From NCBI GenBank assembly GCA_009777255.1, contig WRMG01000001.1, forward strand, positions 5,751 through 69,750: a stretch of DNA of 64,000 bases. Reading direction: 5' to 3'. The stretch comes from Oscillospiraceae bacterium. GTDB taxonomy: Bacteria; Bacillota; Clostridia; Oscillospirales; UBA929. The number at the start of each line of letters is the position of its first letter. Position 1 is the stretch's first letter. This document shows, piece by piece, positions 10,574 through 18,579 of this stretch. The position numbers were made by a program, and so were the translations under genes. The notes beneath the pieces were generated by a model. The model saw only the letters and a list, made by a program, of their open reading frames with translations. It searched no databases and was not told the DNA's origin.

Positions 10574-12025
10574 TTACAGTCCCTGGATAGCGATGAAAAT
10601 AAAGTTGACTAAGAAAATAGCGCTGACCCCGTAGAGGATGGGATGAACCTCATTGAACTTACCGCGGCACATTTTCACGATAGTATAGAAGATGAAGCCG
10701 GCGGCAATACCGTAAGTTATGCTGTAGGCAAAGGGCATGACCGCGACGGTAAGGAATGCCGGAAGCGCTTCGTCAAATTCGTTCCATTTGATTTTCATTA
10801 AGCCGCCGGACATCAATATACCGACAACAATCAATGCCGGCGCTGTCGCCGCGGCGGGAACGGCTCCGACCAAGCCGGCAAAAGGCAGGCACAGAATAAA
10901 GCATATAGCCGTGGCTACCGACGTCAGGCCGGTGCGGCCGCCGACACTTATACCGGCCGCGCTTTCAACATAAGTCGTCACGTTTGACGTGCCAAGCATC
11001 GCTCCGGTTGTCGTAGCCGTCAGGTCGGAGAATAACGCGCGCTCTATGCTGCTGTCAAAACCTTTTCCGGTCTTGAGCTGTTCGATTTCCTTGTCGCCGA
11101 AAAGCCCGCCGCTGCGGCCTGTTCCGATCAGCGTGCCGATAGTATCAAAAATATCGGTGAGCAGGAAAGTTAAGATAGCGATAATGACAAGGAATATATT
11201 ATGGTCGGTAAACAGGGACACAATGCCCATTTTCCCTCCGGCTGTCTGCCCGAAGAACCCGAAGGCGACATCCTTAATACTGCCGACGCTCTGAAGATCA
11301 AAAATTTTGGCGCCCTCGCCCATAGCGGTAAGCCCCATCGGTATGCCGACAACGGCGGTTGCGATAATGCCGAGAAGAATCGCCCCTTTAACGCGGAATA
11401 ACATTAAGAGAACCGTAATGACCAAGCCTATCAGCGCAAGCAAAGCGGCTTTATCGGTGAAATTGACCAGAGCGGGTATAACATCCTTCCCCTCCGTCAC
11501 CAGTCCGAAGGTCAGCTCGCCGCCTGCCGCGTCAGGCGGAAGCATAACGACATCGGAAGTAAATTTCAGGAATCCGGCGTTTTTAATGCCTATGTAAGAA
11601 ATAAACAGTCCGATACCGCCGCCGATAGCGTATTGCAGCGACTGCGGGATAGCAACGATCAACATGCGGCGGACGCCGGAAATGGTAAGCACCGTACCAA
11701 TCAGGCCGCAAATCAAAACCATCGCCAGCGCTTCTCTCCAATGGAAGCCCATCGCAAAACAAACGGTATAGGTGAATAAAGCATTCAATCCCATACCGGA
11801 CGCCTGAGCATAAGGCAGATTAGCTACGAAAGCCATCATAAGGGTTCCGACGACCGCGGCCAAAACAGTGGCTACAAAGACGCCTTGCCAGCTCATACCT
11901 GTCAGAGAAAGCATGTCGGGGTTGACAAAGATGATGTACGCCATAGTGAAGAATGTGGTCAGTCCTGCGATGATCTCGGTTCTGATATTAGACCCTTTTT
12001 CTCTGATCCTGAAGAATTTCTCCAT
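10574..12025 (-). CDS. NCS2 family purine permease (AzgA/PbuG-type guanine/hypoxanthine/adenine permease)
   Basis: 483-aa polytopic membrane protein. The N-terminal sequence FFRIREKGSNIRTEIIAGLTTFFTMAYIIFVNP is typical of this family. Confidence 0.9.
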   Translation of the reverse strand: MEKFFRIREKGSNIRTEIIAGLTTFFTMAYIIFVNPDMLSLTGMSWQGVFVATVLAAVVGTLMMAFVANLPYAQASGMGLNALFTYTVCFAMGFHWREALAMVLICGLIGTVLTISGVRRMLIVAIPQSLQYAIGGGIGLFISYIGIKNAGFLKFTSDVVMLPPDAAGGELTFGLVTEGKDVIPALVNFTDKAALLALIGLVITVLLMLFRVKGAILLGIIATAVVGIPMGLTAMGEGAKIFDLQSVGSIKDVAFGFFGQTAGGKMGIVSLFTDHNIFLVIIAILTFLLTDIFDTIGTLIGTGRSGGLFGDKEIEQLKTGKGFDSSIERALFSDLTATTTGAMLGTSNVTTYVESAAGISVGGRTGLTSVATAICFILCLPFAGLVGAVPAAATAPALIVVGILMSGGLMKIKWNEFDEALPAFLTVAVMPFAYSITYGIAAGFIFYTIVKMCRGKFNEVHPILYGVSAIFLVNFIFIAIQGL

Positions 12026-12074
12026 TTCTATCTCCTTTTCTCTCCCGCGTATTTTTGCTCGGCCGAGCGTCTAT

Positions 12075-12103
12075 ATTGTATCATGCCGCGCGGCAAAACG
12101 CAA
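12075..12103 (-). promoter_or_regulatory. Candidate promoter of the permease gene
   Basis: On the minus strand: TTGCGT, a 17-nt spacer, then TGaTACAAT. It lies about 50 nt upstream of the RBS aaaggag. Confidence 0.4.
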
Positions 12104-12147
12104 TATATGTATATTCATAAATATTTTTGGACAATAGGAGGAAAATT

Positions 12148-12702
12148 ATGCAATTTTACGAACTGCAAATCGCCGGTCTTACGCGCCGGCTGCCCCTGTG
12201 CCGCGTCAATGACGAATTGCAGATAGCGGCGTTCGTCATGTTCGGCGACGTGGAGGTCACAGTCAAAGGCGCGGAGGAGCTATTAAGGCTGGCGCCGGAG
12301 TTTGACGTGCTGATTACAAACGAGGCAAAGGGCATACCGCTGGCCTATGAGATGGCTCGCGCGGCGGGCAAGCCGTACTGCGTAGCGCGTAAAGGCAAAA
12401 AACTTTACATGCCGGACAGCATCTCCGTCGATGTTAAAAGCATGACGACAATGTCGATGCAGACGCTTATCATCAGCTCCGACGAGGCGGCCGTTCTCAA
12501 CGGGAAGCGCGTTCTGCTGGTGGACGACGTCATATCCACGGGAGATTCGCTGGCGGCGCTGGAGCGGCTTGTGGAGATGTCGGGCGGCGTTATCGCCGGA
12601 CGCACCGCAGTTCTGAGCGAGGGCGGCGCGAACAAACGCGATGATATTATATGCCTCGGGCGCCTGCCGCTGTTCGGTAACGACGGGAGGGCGCTGTCAT
12701 GA
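12148..12702 (+). CDS. Purine/adenine-type phosphoribosyltransferase family protein
   Basis: PRPP-binding loop VLLVDDVISTGDS. The RBS aggagg lies 7 nt before the ATG at 12148, which I prefer over the ORF-track start at 12127. Confidence 0.8.
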   Translation: MQFYELQIAGLTRRLPLCRVNDELQIAAFVMFGDVEVTVKGAEELLRLAPEFDVLITNEAKGIPLAYEMARAAGKPYCVARKGKKLYMPDSISVDVKSMTTMSMQTLIISSDEAAVLNGKRVLLVDDVISTGDSLAALERLVEMSGGVIAGRTAVLSEGGANKRDDIICLGRLPLFGNDGRALS

Positions 12703-13589
12703 ATATTAAGAATCTTAACAGGCCGTCCTCGAGGGTTGACGTTATACTTGACACAGACACGTTTAATGAGATAGACGATCAGTTCGCCGTCGCGTATATG
12801 CTTAAAAACGCTGATAAATTAAACGTCAAGGCAATATACGCCGCGCCGTTTCTCAATGAGAAGTCAACAAGCCCAAAGGACGGCATGGAGAAAAGCTATG
12901 ACGAGATACATAAGATACTCGGCCTTATGGGCGCCGATGTGAACGTCTATAAAGGCTCGGAGCGTTTTCTGTCAAGCGAAACACAGCCGGAAAGCTCGCC
13001 CGCGGCGGAGCATCTTGCCCGGCTGGCGATGGATTACAGCCCTGAGAACCCTCTTTACGTCGTCGCTATCGGCGCGATAACGAATATAGCTTCCGCCGTG
13101 CTGATAAACCCGAAAATCGTTGATAACATCGTCGTCGTCTGGCTGGGGGGCAACGCGCTGCACTGGCATGACACAAAGGAATTCAACCTTTTTCAGGACG
13201 TCGCGGCGGCGCGGGTCATATTCGGGTGCGGCGCAGCTTTGATACAGCTGCCCTGTATGGGCGTGGTTTCGGCGTTTACTTTGAGCGAGGCGGATATAAG
13301 GCACTGGCTTTCCGGCAAAAATAAACTCTGCGATTATTTGGCGCAGAGTACCATCGACGAGGCGTCGTCATATGCCGCGGGACGCCCGTGGACGCGCGCC
13401 ATTTGGGACGTTACCGCGGTCGCGTGGCTGATCGACGGCAGGTTCTTAGAGGAACGGCTCGAACACAGCCCCATCCCCGAGTACGATGGGCATTACGCCT
13501 TTGACGGGCGGCGTCATTTTATCAGATATGTCTATCACATCCACAGGGACGCTCTGGCAGAGGATTTGTTCAACAAGCTGACGTCATAG
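12699..13589 (+). CDS. Nucleoside hydrolase (inosine/uridine-preferring family)
   Basis: N-terminal DTDTFNEIDDQFAV aspartate cluster (DxDxxxDD). It overlaps the PRT gene by 4 nt. Confidence 0.85.
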   Translation: MNIKNLNRPSSRVDVILDTDTFNEIDDQFAVAYMLKNADKLNVKAIYAAPFLNEKSTSPKDGMEKSYDEIHKILGLMGADVNVYKGSERFLSSETQPESSPAAEHLARLAMDYSPENPLYVVAIGAITNIASAVLINPKIVDNIVVVWLGGNALHWHDTKEFNLFQDVAAARVIFGCGAALIQLPCMGVVSAFTLSEADIRHWLSGKNKLCDYLAQSTIDEASSYAAGRPWTRAIWDVTAVAWLIDGRFLEERLEHSPIPEYDGHYAFDGRRHFIRYVYHIHRDALAEDLFNKLTS

Positions 13590-13617
13590 GGAGCGAAATA
13601 TTATTCCGAAAAAAAAC

Positions 13618-13645
13618 TTGACATTTTGTAAAACAATGCTATAAT
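13618..13645 (+). promoter_or_regulatory. Near-consensus sigma-A promoter with extended -10
   Basis: TTGACA (13618-13623), a 16-nt spacer, then TGcTATAAT (13637-13645), preceded by an A-tract (aaaaaaaac). Confidence 0.7.
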
Positions 13646-13681
13646 AACATCAATAAGGACTGTTTAATTTAAGTTAAAATA

Positions 13682-13757
13682 TCCGGTCGGCGGGCAACCG
13701 CGCGAGTTTTGGCTTTCAGGGTGGAGAAGCTGTAATCAGGCTTCCCGTCCTTTTTTT
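13682..13757 (+). promoter_or_regulatory. Leader unit 1: conserved 50-nt element plus intrinsic terminator
   Basis: Element spans 13682-13731. The hairpin is ggtggagaagc/gcttcccgtcc (13720-13750, imperfect), followed by T7 at 13751-13757. Confidence 0.5.
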
Positions 13758-13770
13758 ATCTAAATAAATT

Positions 13771-13843
13771 TCCGGTCGGCGGGCAACCGCGCGAGTTTTG
13801 GGCTTTCAGGGTGGAGAAGCTATGCTTCTTCACCCTTATTATT
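13771..13843 (+). promoter_or_regulatory. Leader unit 2: second copy of the element plus terminator/sequestering hairpin next to the RBS
   Basis: Element spans 13771-13821 and is identical to unit 1 except for one extra G. A 12-bp stem gggtggagaagc/gcttcttcaccc (13809-13835, loop tat) is followed by ttattatt, the RBS aaggagg at 13844-13850, and the ATG at 13859. Confidence 0.5.
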
Positions 13844-13858
13844 AAGGAGGTGCAACCC

Positions 13859-14275
13859 ATGTTGTTCTTGACGCTCGAACAATTATCTGTCCCCGAGGCA
13901 CTCGGTATTTCACTGGTCGGCATACTTATCGGTTTCTGCGCGCTGTCACTGCTCATACCAATAATCCGGTTAATCAGCCTGATGGCCGCTAAGCTCCAAA
14001 AGCCTGTAAAGGATGAGATACAGGTTTTGCCCGTTGCCGCGCTGCCGCAGATGACGCCCGCAAAGGGCTCCTTCGGCGACGTTAAGCTCTATGATGTTGA
14101 TGAAAAAACCGCCGCGCTGCTTATCGCTATCGTGGCGGATGAAATCGGCGCGCCGCTTAACGAGCTTCGCTTTATCTCGATTCGTGAAAAACTCGGGAAA
14201 AAATATTCCGAAATAGACGAAAAATTTGAAAGCATCGCCAGCTCCGCTATCGGCGGCGAAAAGATGGGGAGGTAA
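13859..14275 (+). CDS. OadG-like small membrane protein (Na+-pump decarboxylase gamma-subunit family), orphan
   Basis: One N-terminal TM helix, and a C-terminal GDVKLYDVDEKTAALLIAIVADEIGAPLNELRFISI pattern that I recognise from OadG-family proteins of Clostridia. The start was moved to the ATG at 13859, which has a good RBS. Confidence 0.55.
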   Translation: MLFLTLEQLSVPEALGISLVGILIGFCALSLLIPIIRLISLMAAKLQKPVKDEIQVLPVAALPQMTPAKGSFGDVKLYDVDEKTAALLIAIVADEIGAPLNELRFISIREKLGKKYSEIDEKFESIASSAIGGEKMGR

Positions 14276-14280
14276 ATACA

Positions 14281-14409
14281 TTGAACATTGTGATTATAGC
14301 GGTAATCGGTCTGGCTGTCGCGGTTCTGCTCGGCGTTTTGATGTCGCGTATTGACAAAAACATTCATGAAACGAACCAGACCCCCAAAGATCAAAAGAAA
14401 GACAAGTAA
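14281..14409 (+). CDS. Candidate 42-aa single-TM peptide (not in ORF track)
   Basis: A TTG start lies 8 nt after GGGGAGG (14266-14272). Translation is LNIVIIAVIGLAVAVLLGVLMSRIDKNIHETNQTPKDQKKDK: a hydrophobic helix with a charged tail. Confidence 0.35.
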   Translation: MNIVIIAVIGLAVAVLLGVLMSRIDKNIHETNQTPKDQKKDK

Positions 14410-14414
14410 GACCC

Positions 14415-16262
14415 TTACGCCCACTTGACATATTCCTTTAACAGCTCCACCGTGCGCGGCGCGTCCTCGCGCCGCGCCGCTTCGCGCAGCGCGTCAAGCC
14501 TCGGGCTTAATTCCGCGAAAGCTATATCCGACGGCTTTGCCACGAAAATCTTCTCGTGCGTCGTCGCGGCCACGCCCTCCTCGCTGAGCAGCAGCTCCTC
14601 GTACAGCTTCTCACCCTGACGCAGTCCGATGATCGTGATAGGAATATCCGTCTCAGGCTTAAAGCCCGAGAGCCGTATCATATCATGCGCCAAGCCGAGC
14701 ATTTTTACCGGCTCGCCCATGTCCAAGACGAAAATCTCTCCGCCGTTTGCCAGCGCGCCCGCCTGAATGACCAGCCGCGCCGCCTCAGGTATTGTCATAA
14801 AGAACCGCGTGACCTCCGCGTGCGTCAGCGTGACGGGGCCGCCGGCCTGTATTTGCCGCCGCCACAGCGGTATAACGCTGCCTGCGGAGTCCAGCACATT
14901 CCCGAACCTGACCGCCGCCAGCAGGGTTTTATCCTGTTGCTTAGACAGCGCCTGTATGACCATCTCCGCCATGCGCTTCGTCGCGCCCATCACGTTGGTC
15001 GGGTTCACGGCCTTGTCCGTGGAGACGAGTATAAACCGCTCGGCGCCGTGTTCTATAGCCGCCATAGCGGTGTTATACGTGCCGAAAATATTGTTCTTAA
15101 CGCCTTCGCACGGGCTTAGCTCCATGGTCGGCACATGCTTGTGCGCCGCGGCGTGGAACACGACTTCGGGACGGTATTCCTCAAAAATCCGGTCAAGCCG
15201 CTCCCTGTCGCGCACCGAGCCGACAAGCGCGGCGGTTTCGACGACATCCGTGAGTTCCCGCCCCAGCATATACATATCGTTTTCATAAATATCAAGCATA
15301 ACCAGCCGTTCCGGCTTCAGCCGCGCGATCTGGCGGCACAGCTCCGAGCCTATCGAGCCGCCGCCGCCCGTGACAAGCACGGTTTTGCCCATAAGCCGCG
15401 CTTTGCCGATATTAAGGCTTACTACCTCGCGCCCCAGCAAGTCCTCAATAGCGACGTCGCGGATCGCCGATACCGTGACCTGACCGCCCACAAGCTCGGC
15501 GGTGGACGGCAGCAGCCTCAGCTTCGCGCCGGTAGTCTTGCAGATGTCCAGTATCGCCGCCTGCTCCCTGCGCTGCGCCGTCGGGACGGCGACGATTATC
15601 TCGTCTATCAGCTGCTCCCGCACAAGCCGCGGGATATCCTCACGCGCGCCCAAAACCCGTATGCCGTTTATCAGCATACCGCGCTTCGCCCTGTCGTCGT
15701 CAACCGCGCATATGACGTCCACTCCCGCGCTGCCGCCCAGCTCAATTATGGCGGCGCTGCCGGCGCTGCCCGCTCCGACGATCATTACGCGCTTTTTATT
15801 CGGAAACGGCTTATGCCTTGTAAAAATATCCGGCAGTCCCATGCCGCGCCCGATACCGTAGCGCAGTCTGCGGTATACCCGAAAGCTCATGCGCGACCCG
15901 CCGACCGAGAGCGTTAGCAGTAAAAACCAGATAATATAGACCGAGCGCGGCAGCGGGCGCTGTATCATAAACCCTATACATACGGCGAGGCCCGTGACCA
16001 GCGCGCACGCCAAAATTATACGCACAAGCTCGGTCACGCCGGCAAATTCCCACAGGCTGCGGTACAGCCCGAACAGAAAAAAAACAACCAGCGCGGCAAG
16101 CGTAAAATAAATTATACTGTGCGTGAAGCTATCCGAATGCCGCGGTTCGGCATAGAAATCGCCCTCAAAGCGCAGCAGAAAAGCCAGAAAGCATGTCAGA
16201 GGGACGACGGCGGCGTCGAACAGCATTAATATATACGCCCTGATTTTTCGCAAAAAAATCAC
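14415..16262 (-). CDS. Membrane-anchored polysaccharide biosynthesis protein, CapD/PglF-type nucleotide-sugar 4,6-dehydratase
   Basis: An N-terminal TM bundle, two Rossmann motifs (VGAGSAGS, VTGGGGSIGSEL) and HAAAHKHVP. Confidence 0.85.
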   Translation of the reverse strand: MIFLRKIRAYILMLFDAAVVPLTCFLAFLLRFEGDFYAEPRHSDSFTHSIIYFTLAALVVFFLFGLYRSLWEFAGVTELVRIILACALVTGLAVCIGFMIQRPLPRSVYIIWFLLLTLSVGGSRMSFRVYRRLRYGIGRGMGLPDIFTRHKPFPNKKRVMIVGAGSAGSAAIIELGGSAGVDVICAVDDDRAKRGMLINGIRVLGAREDIPRLVREQLIDEIIVAVPTAQRREQAAILDICKTTGAKLRLLPSTAELVGGQVTVSAIRDVAIEDLLGREVVSLNIGKARLMGKTVLVTGGGGSIGSELCRQIARLKPERLVMLDIYENDMYMLGRELTDVVETAALVGSVRDRERLDRIFEEYRPEVVFHAAAHKHVPTMELSPCEGVKNNIFGTYNTAMAAIEHGAERFILVSTDKAVNPTNVMGATKRMAEMVIQALSKQQDKTLLAAVRFGNVLDSAGSVIPLWRRQIQAGGPVTLTHAEVTRFFMTIPEAARLVIQAGALANGGEIFVLDMGEPVKMLGLAHDMIRLSGFKPETDIPITIIGLRQGEKLYEELLLSEEGVAATTHEKIFVAKPSDIAFAELSPRLDALREAARREDAPRTVELLKEYVKWA

Positions 16263-16295
16263 CCGTCGTAATTATACAACGGGCCGTCTTTTATG

Positions 16296-17294
16296 TCAAA
16301 TATTGTTTTTCTCATAATTCCAAGCGTCGGCGCACATCTCGTCAAGGCCCAGCTCGGCTCTCCAGCCCAGCAGCTTTAACGCCTTTGACGCGTCCGCGCA
16401 GCTCTCGGCTATATCTCCCGGGCGCCGCTCCGCCTGCCTGCTCGGCAGTTTCCTTCCGCACGCCTTTTCATAAGCCGCCAAAACCTCTAAAACACTGTAT
16501 CCCCTGCCCGTGCCGAGGTTTATCGCCTCCGCGCCGGCGCCCTTATACTCCAGCGCCTTCAGATGCCCCTTAGCCAAATCGACAACATGCAGATAGTCGC
16601 GGATACATGTGCCGTCGGGCGTATCGTAGTCGCTGCCGAAAATATTCAGGTACTCGCGTCTGCCCGCCGCCACCTGAGATATGAACGGCACCAGATTGTT
16701 GGGCACCCCTTTCGGCCTTTCTCCCAGCAGGCCGCTCTTATGCGCGCCCACGGGATTGAAGTAGCGCAGCAGCACGGCGCTCCACCCCTCCTCCGAAACG
16801 CAGAGGTCGCGCAGGATATTCTCTATGACCAGCTTTGTCGTTCCGTAAGGGTTTGACGCCGCCGCCGGCAGCGGGTCCGTCTCCTTAAACGGCGCCTTGT
16901 TGTCCGCGCCGTAAACCGTGGCGGACGAGGAGAACACTATCCGTTTGCAGCCAAACTCGCGCATGGCGCCCAACAGCGTGAGCGTGCCGGTGACATTATT
17001 ATGGTAGTATTCCAGCGGCTTGGCGACAGACTCGCCAACGGCTTTCAGCCCCGCGAAATGGATGACCGCCTCAATCTCATTTTCGGCAAATACCCTTGAC
17101 ACATCCGGCGCGTGCAGAAGATTGACCGCCGCGACGGGAAAATCCTTGCCGGTCAGCTCTTTGATGCGCCGTATAACATCCGGCTCCGAGTTGGAGAAAT
17201 TATCCAGCACTACAATTTCATACCCCGCGTTTAACAGCTCGACACAGGTATGGCTTCCGATATAACCCGCGCCGCCGGTCACTAAAATCGCCAT
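16296..17294 (-). CDS. galE: UDP-glucose 4-epimerase
   Basis: MAILVTGGAGYIGSH start, YGTTK (catalytic YxxxK) and DGTCIRDYLHVVDLA. Confidence 0.93.
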   Translation of the reverse strand: MAILVTGGAGYIGSHTCVELLNAGYEIVVLDNFSNSEPDVIRRIKELTGKDFPVAAVNLLHAPDVSRVFAENEIEAVIHFAGLKAVGESVAKPLEYYHNNVTGTLTLLGAMREFGCKRIVFSSSATVYGADNKAPFKETDPLPAAASNPYGTTKLVIENILRDLCVSEEGWSAVLLRYFNPVGAHKSGLLGERPKGVPNNLVPFISQVAAGRREYLNIFGSDYDTPDGTCIRDYLHVVDLAKGHLKALEYKGAGAEAINLGTGRGYSVLEVLAAYEKACGRKLPSRQAERRPGDIAESCADASKALKLLGWRAELGLDEMCADAWNYEKNNI

Positions 17295-17297
17295 TTA

Positions 17298-18566
17298 TTA
17301 TACCACTCCTTTTAACGCCTGTTCCAAATCTTCAATAATATCCTCAATATTCTCAAGCCCGATGGAAAACCTGACCGACCCGGGCACGATCCCCATGCCG
17401 AGCAGCTGCCCGTCGGAGAGCTGCGAGTGCGTGGTCAGCGCGGGACAGTTGACCATACTCCGCAAGTCGCCCAGATTGGCGACGATTTTCAACAGCCTCA
17501 GCCCGTCGCAGAATTTAGCGGCGGCTTCGCGCCCGCCCTTCAGGTCGGCGGTGAATGTCGAGCCCGCGCCCAGCGGCAGATATTTCTCCGCCAAGCCGTA
17601 ATAGGGAGATGATTTCAGCTTAGGGTAATTCACGCGCTCGATCGCCGGATGTGCCTCTAAAAATTCCGCGACCGCCAGAGCGTTGGAGCTGTGGCGCTCC
17701 ATGCGCAGCGAGAGCGTCTCCATGCCCAGAAGCGTTATCCACGCGTTAAACGGCGACTGGCACGCCCCGATGTCGCGCAGTATATGCGTGCGCAGCTTTG
17801 TGATAAACGCCGCTTTGCCCAGCGCTTCGGCGTATACCAGCCCCTTATAGCTCGGGTCGGGCGTGTTGTACGCCGGAAAGCGCGGGTCGCCCAAATAGTC
17901 AAAGCTGCCCGCGTCCACAATCGCGCCGCCCATGACGGTGCCGTTGCCGACCATGTACTTCGTCGTGGAATATATCACCAGGTCCGCGCCGTGCTCGATC
18001 GGGCGCAGAAGATACGGCGACGCCATCGTGTTATCGACTATGAACACAACGTTCTGCTTTTTCGCTATTTTTGAAATGGCCTCGAGGTCCGGCACGTCCG
18101 CGAGCGGGTTGCCTATGCTCTCGACAAAATAGGCGCGCGTTTTTTCGGTCGTGGCGCGTTCAAACGCGCCGGGGTCGCCCGCGTCCACAAACTTGAAATT
18201 TATGCCGAACTGCTTGAGCGTCTTATCCATTAAATTGATGGCGCCGCCGTATATGCCTGACGCGGATACTATTTCGTCGCCCGCCGAACACAGGTTCATA
18301 AACGTCATGACCATCGCGGCGTGGCCGCCCGTCGCCGCCAGCGCGCCGATGCCGCCGTCCAGCGCGGCAAGCCGCTCTTCCAAGGCGGCGTTGGTGGGAT
18401 TGTTCAGGCGCGTGTATATGTACCCCGTTTCCTCAAGGCTGAACAGCCTGCGCGCGTGTTCGGTGTCGTCAAACGAATAGCCTGTGGTCAGGTGTACGGG
18501 CGTCTGGACCGAGCGCGTGTGATCGCCGCCGTGTCCCGCGTGGATCTGCTTTGTTTCAAATTTCAT
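17298..18566 (-). CDS. metY: O-acetylhomoserine sulfhydrylase (PLP-dependent)
   Basis: MKFETKQIHAG...STTKYMVGNG (PLP lysine). I chose the ATG at 18566, which avoids overlapping the upstream gene. Confidence 0.9.
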   Translation of the reverse strand: MKFETKQIHAGHGGDHTRSVQTPVHLTTGYSFDDTEHARRLFSLEETGYIYTRLNNPTNAALEERLAALDGGIGALAATGGHAAMVMTFMNLCSAGDEIVSASGIYGGAINLMDKTLKQFGINFKFVDAGDPGAFERATTEKTRAYFVESIGNPLADVPDLEAISKIAKKQNVVFIVDNTMASPYLLRPIEHGADLVIYSTTKYMVGNGTVMGGAIVDAGSFDYLGDPRFPAYNTPDPSYKGLVYAEALGKAAFITKLRTHILRDIGACQSPFNAWITLLGMETLSLRMERHSSNALAVAEFLEAHPAIERVNYPKLKSSPYYGLAEKYLPLGAGSTFTADLKGGREAAAKFCDGLRLLKIVANLGDLRSMVNCPALTTHSQLSDGQLLGMGIVPGSVRFSIGLENIEDIIEDLEQALKGVV

Positions 18567-18579
18567 AGTATATCTCCCT

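Noticed and set aside
12026-12147. Expected purine (guanine/adenine) riboswitch upstream of the NCS2 purine permease or the PRT gene.
   Set aside because: Neither strand contains the conserved purine-aptamer cores (UAUAAU...GGAUAUGG...GUUUCUACC...CCGUAAA). The leader from the candidate promoter is only about 50 nt.
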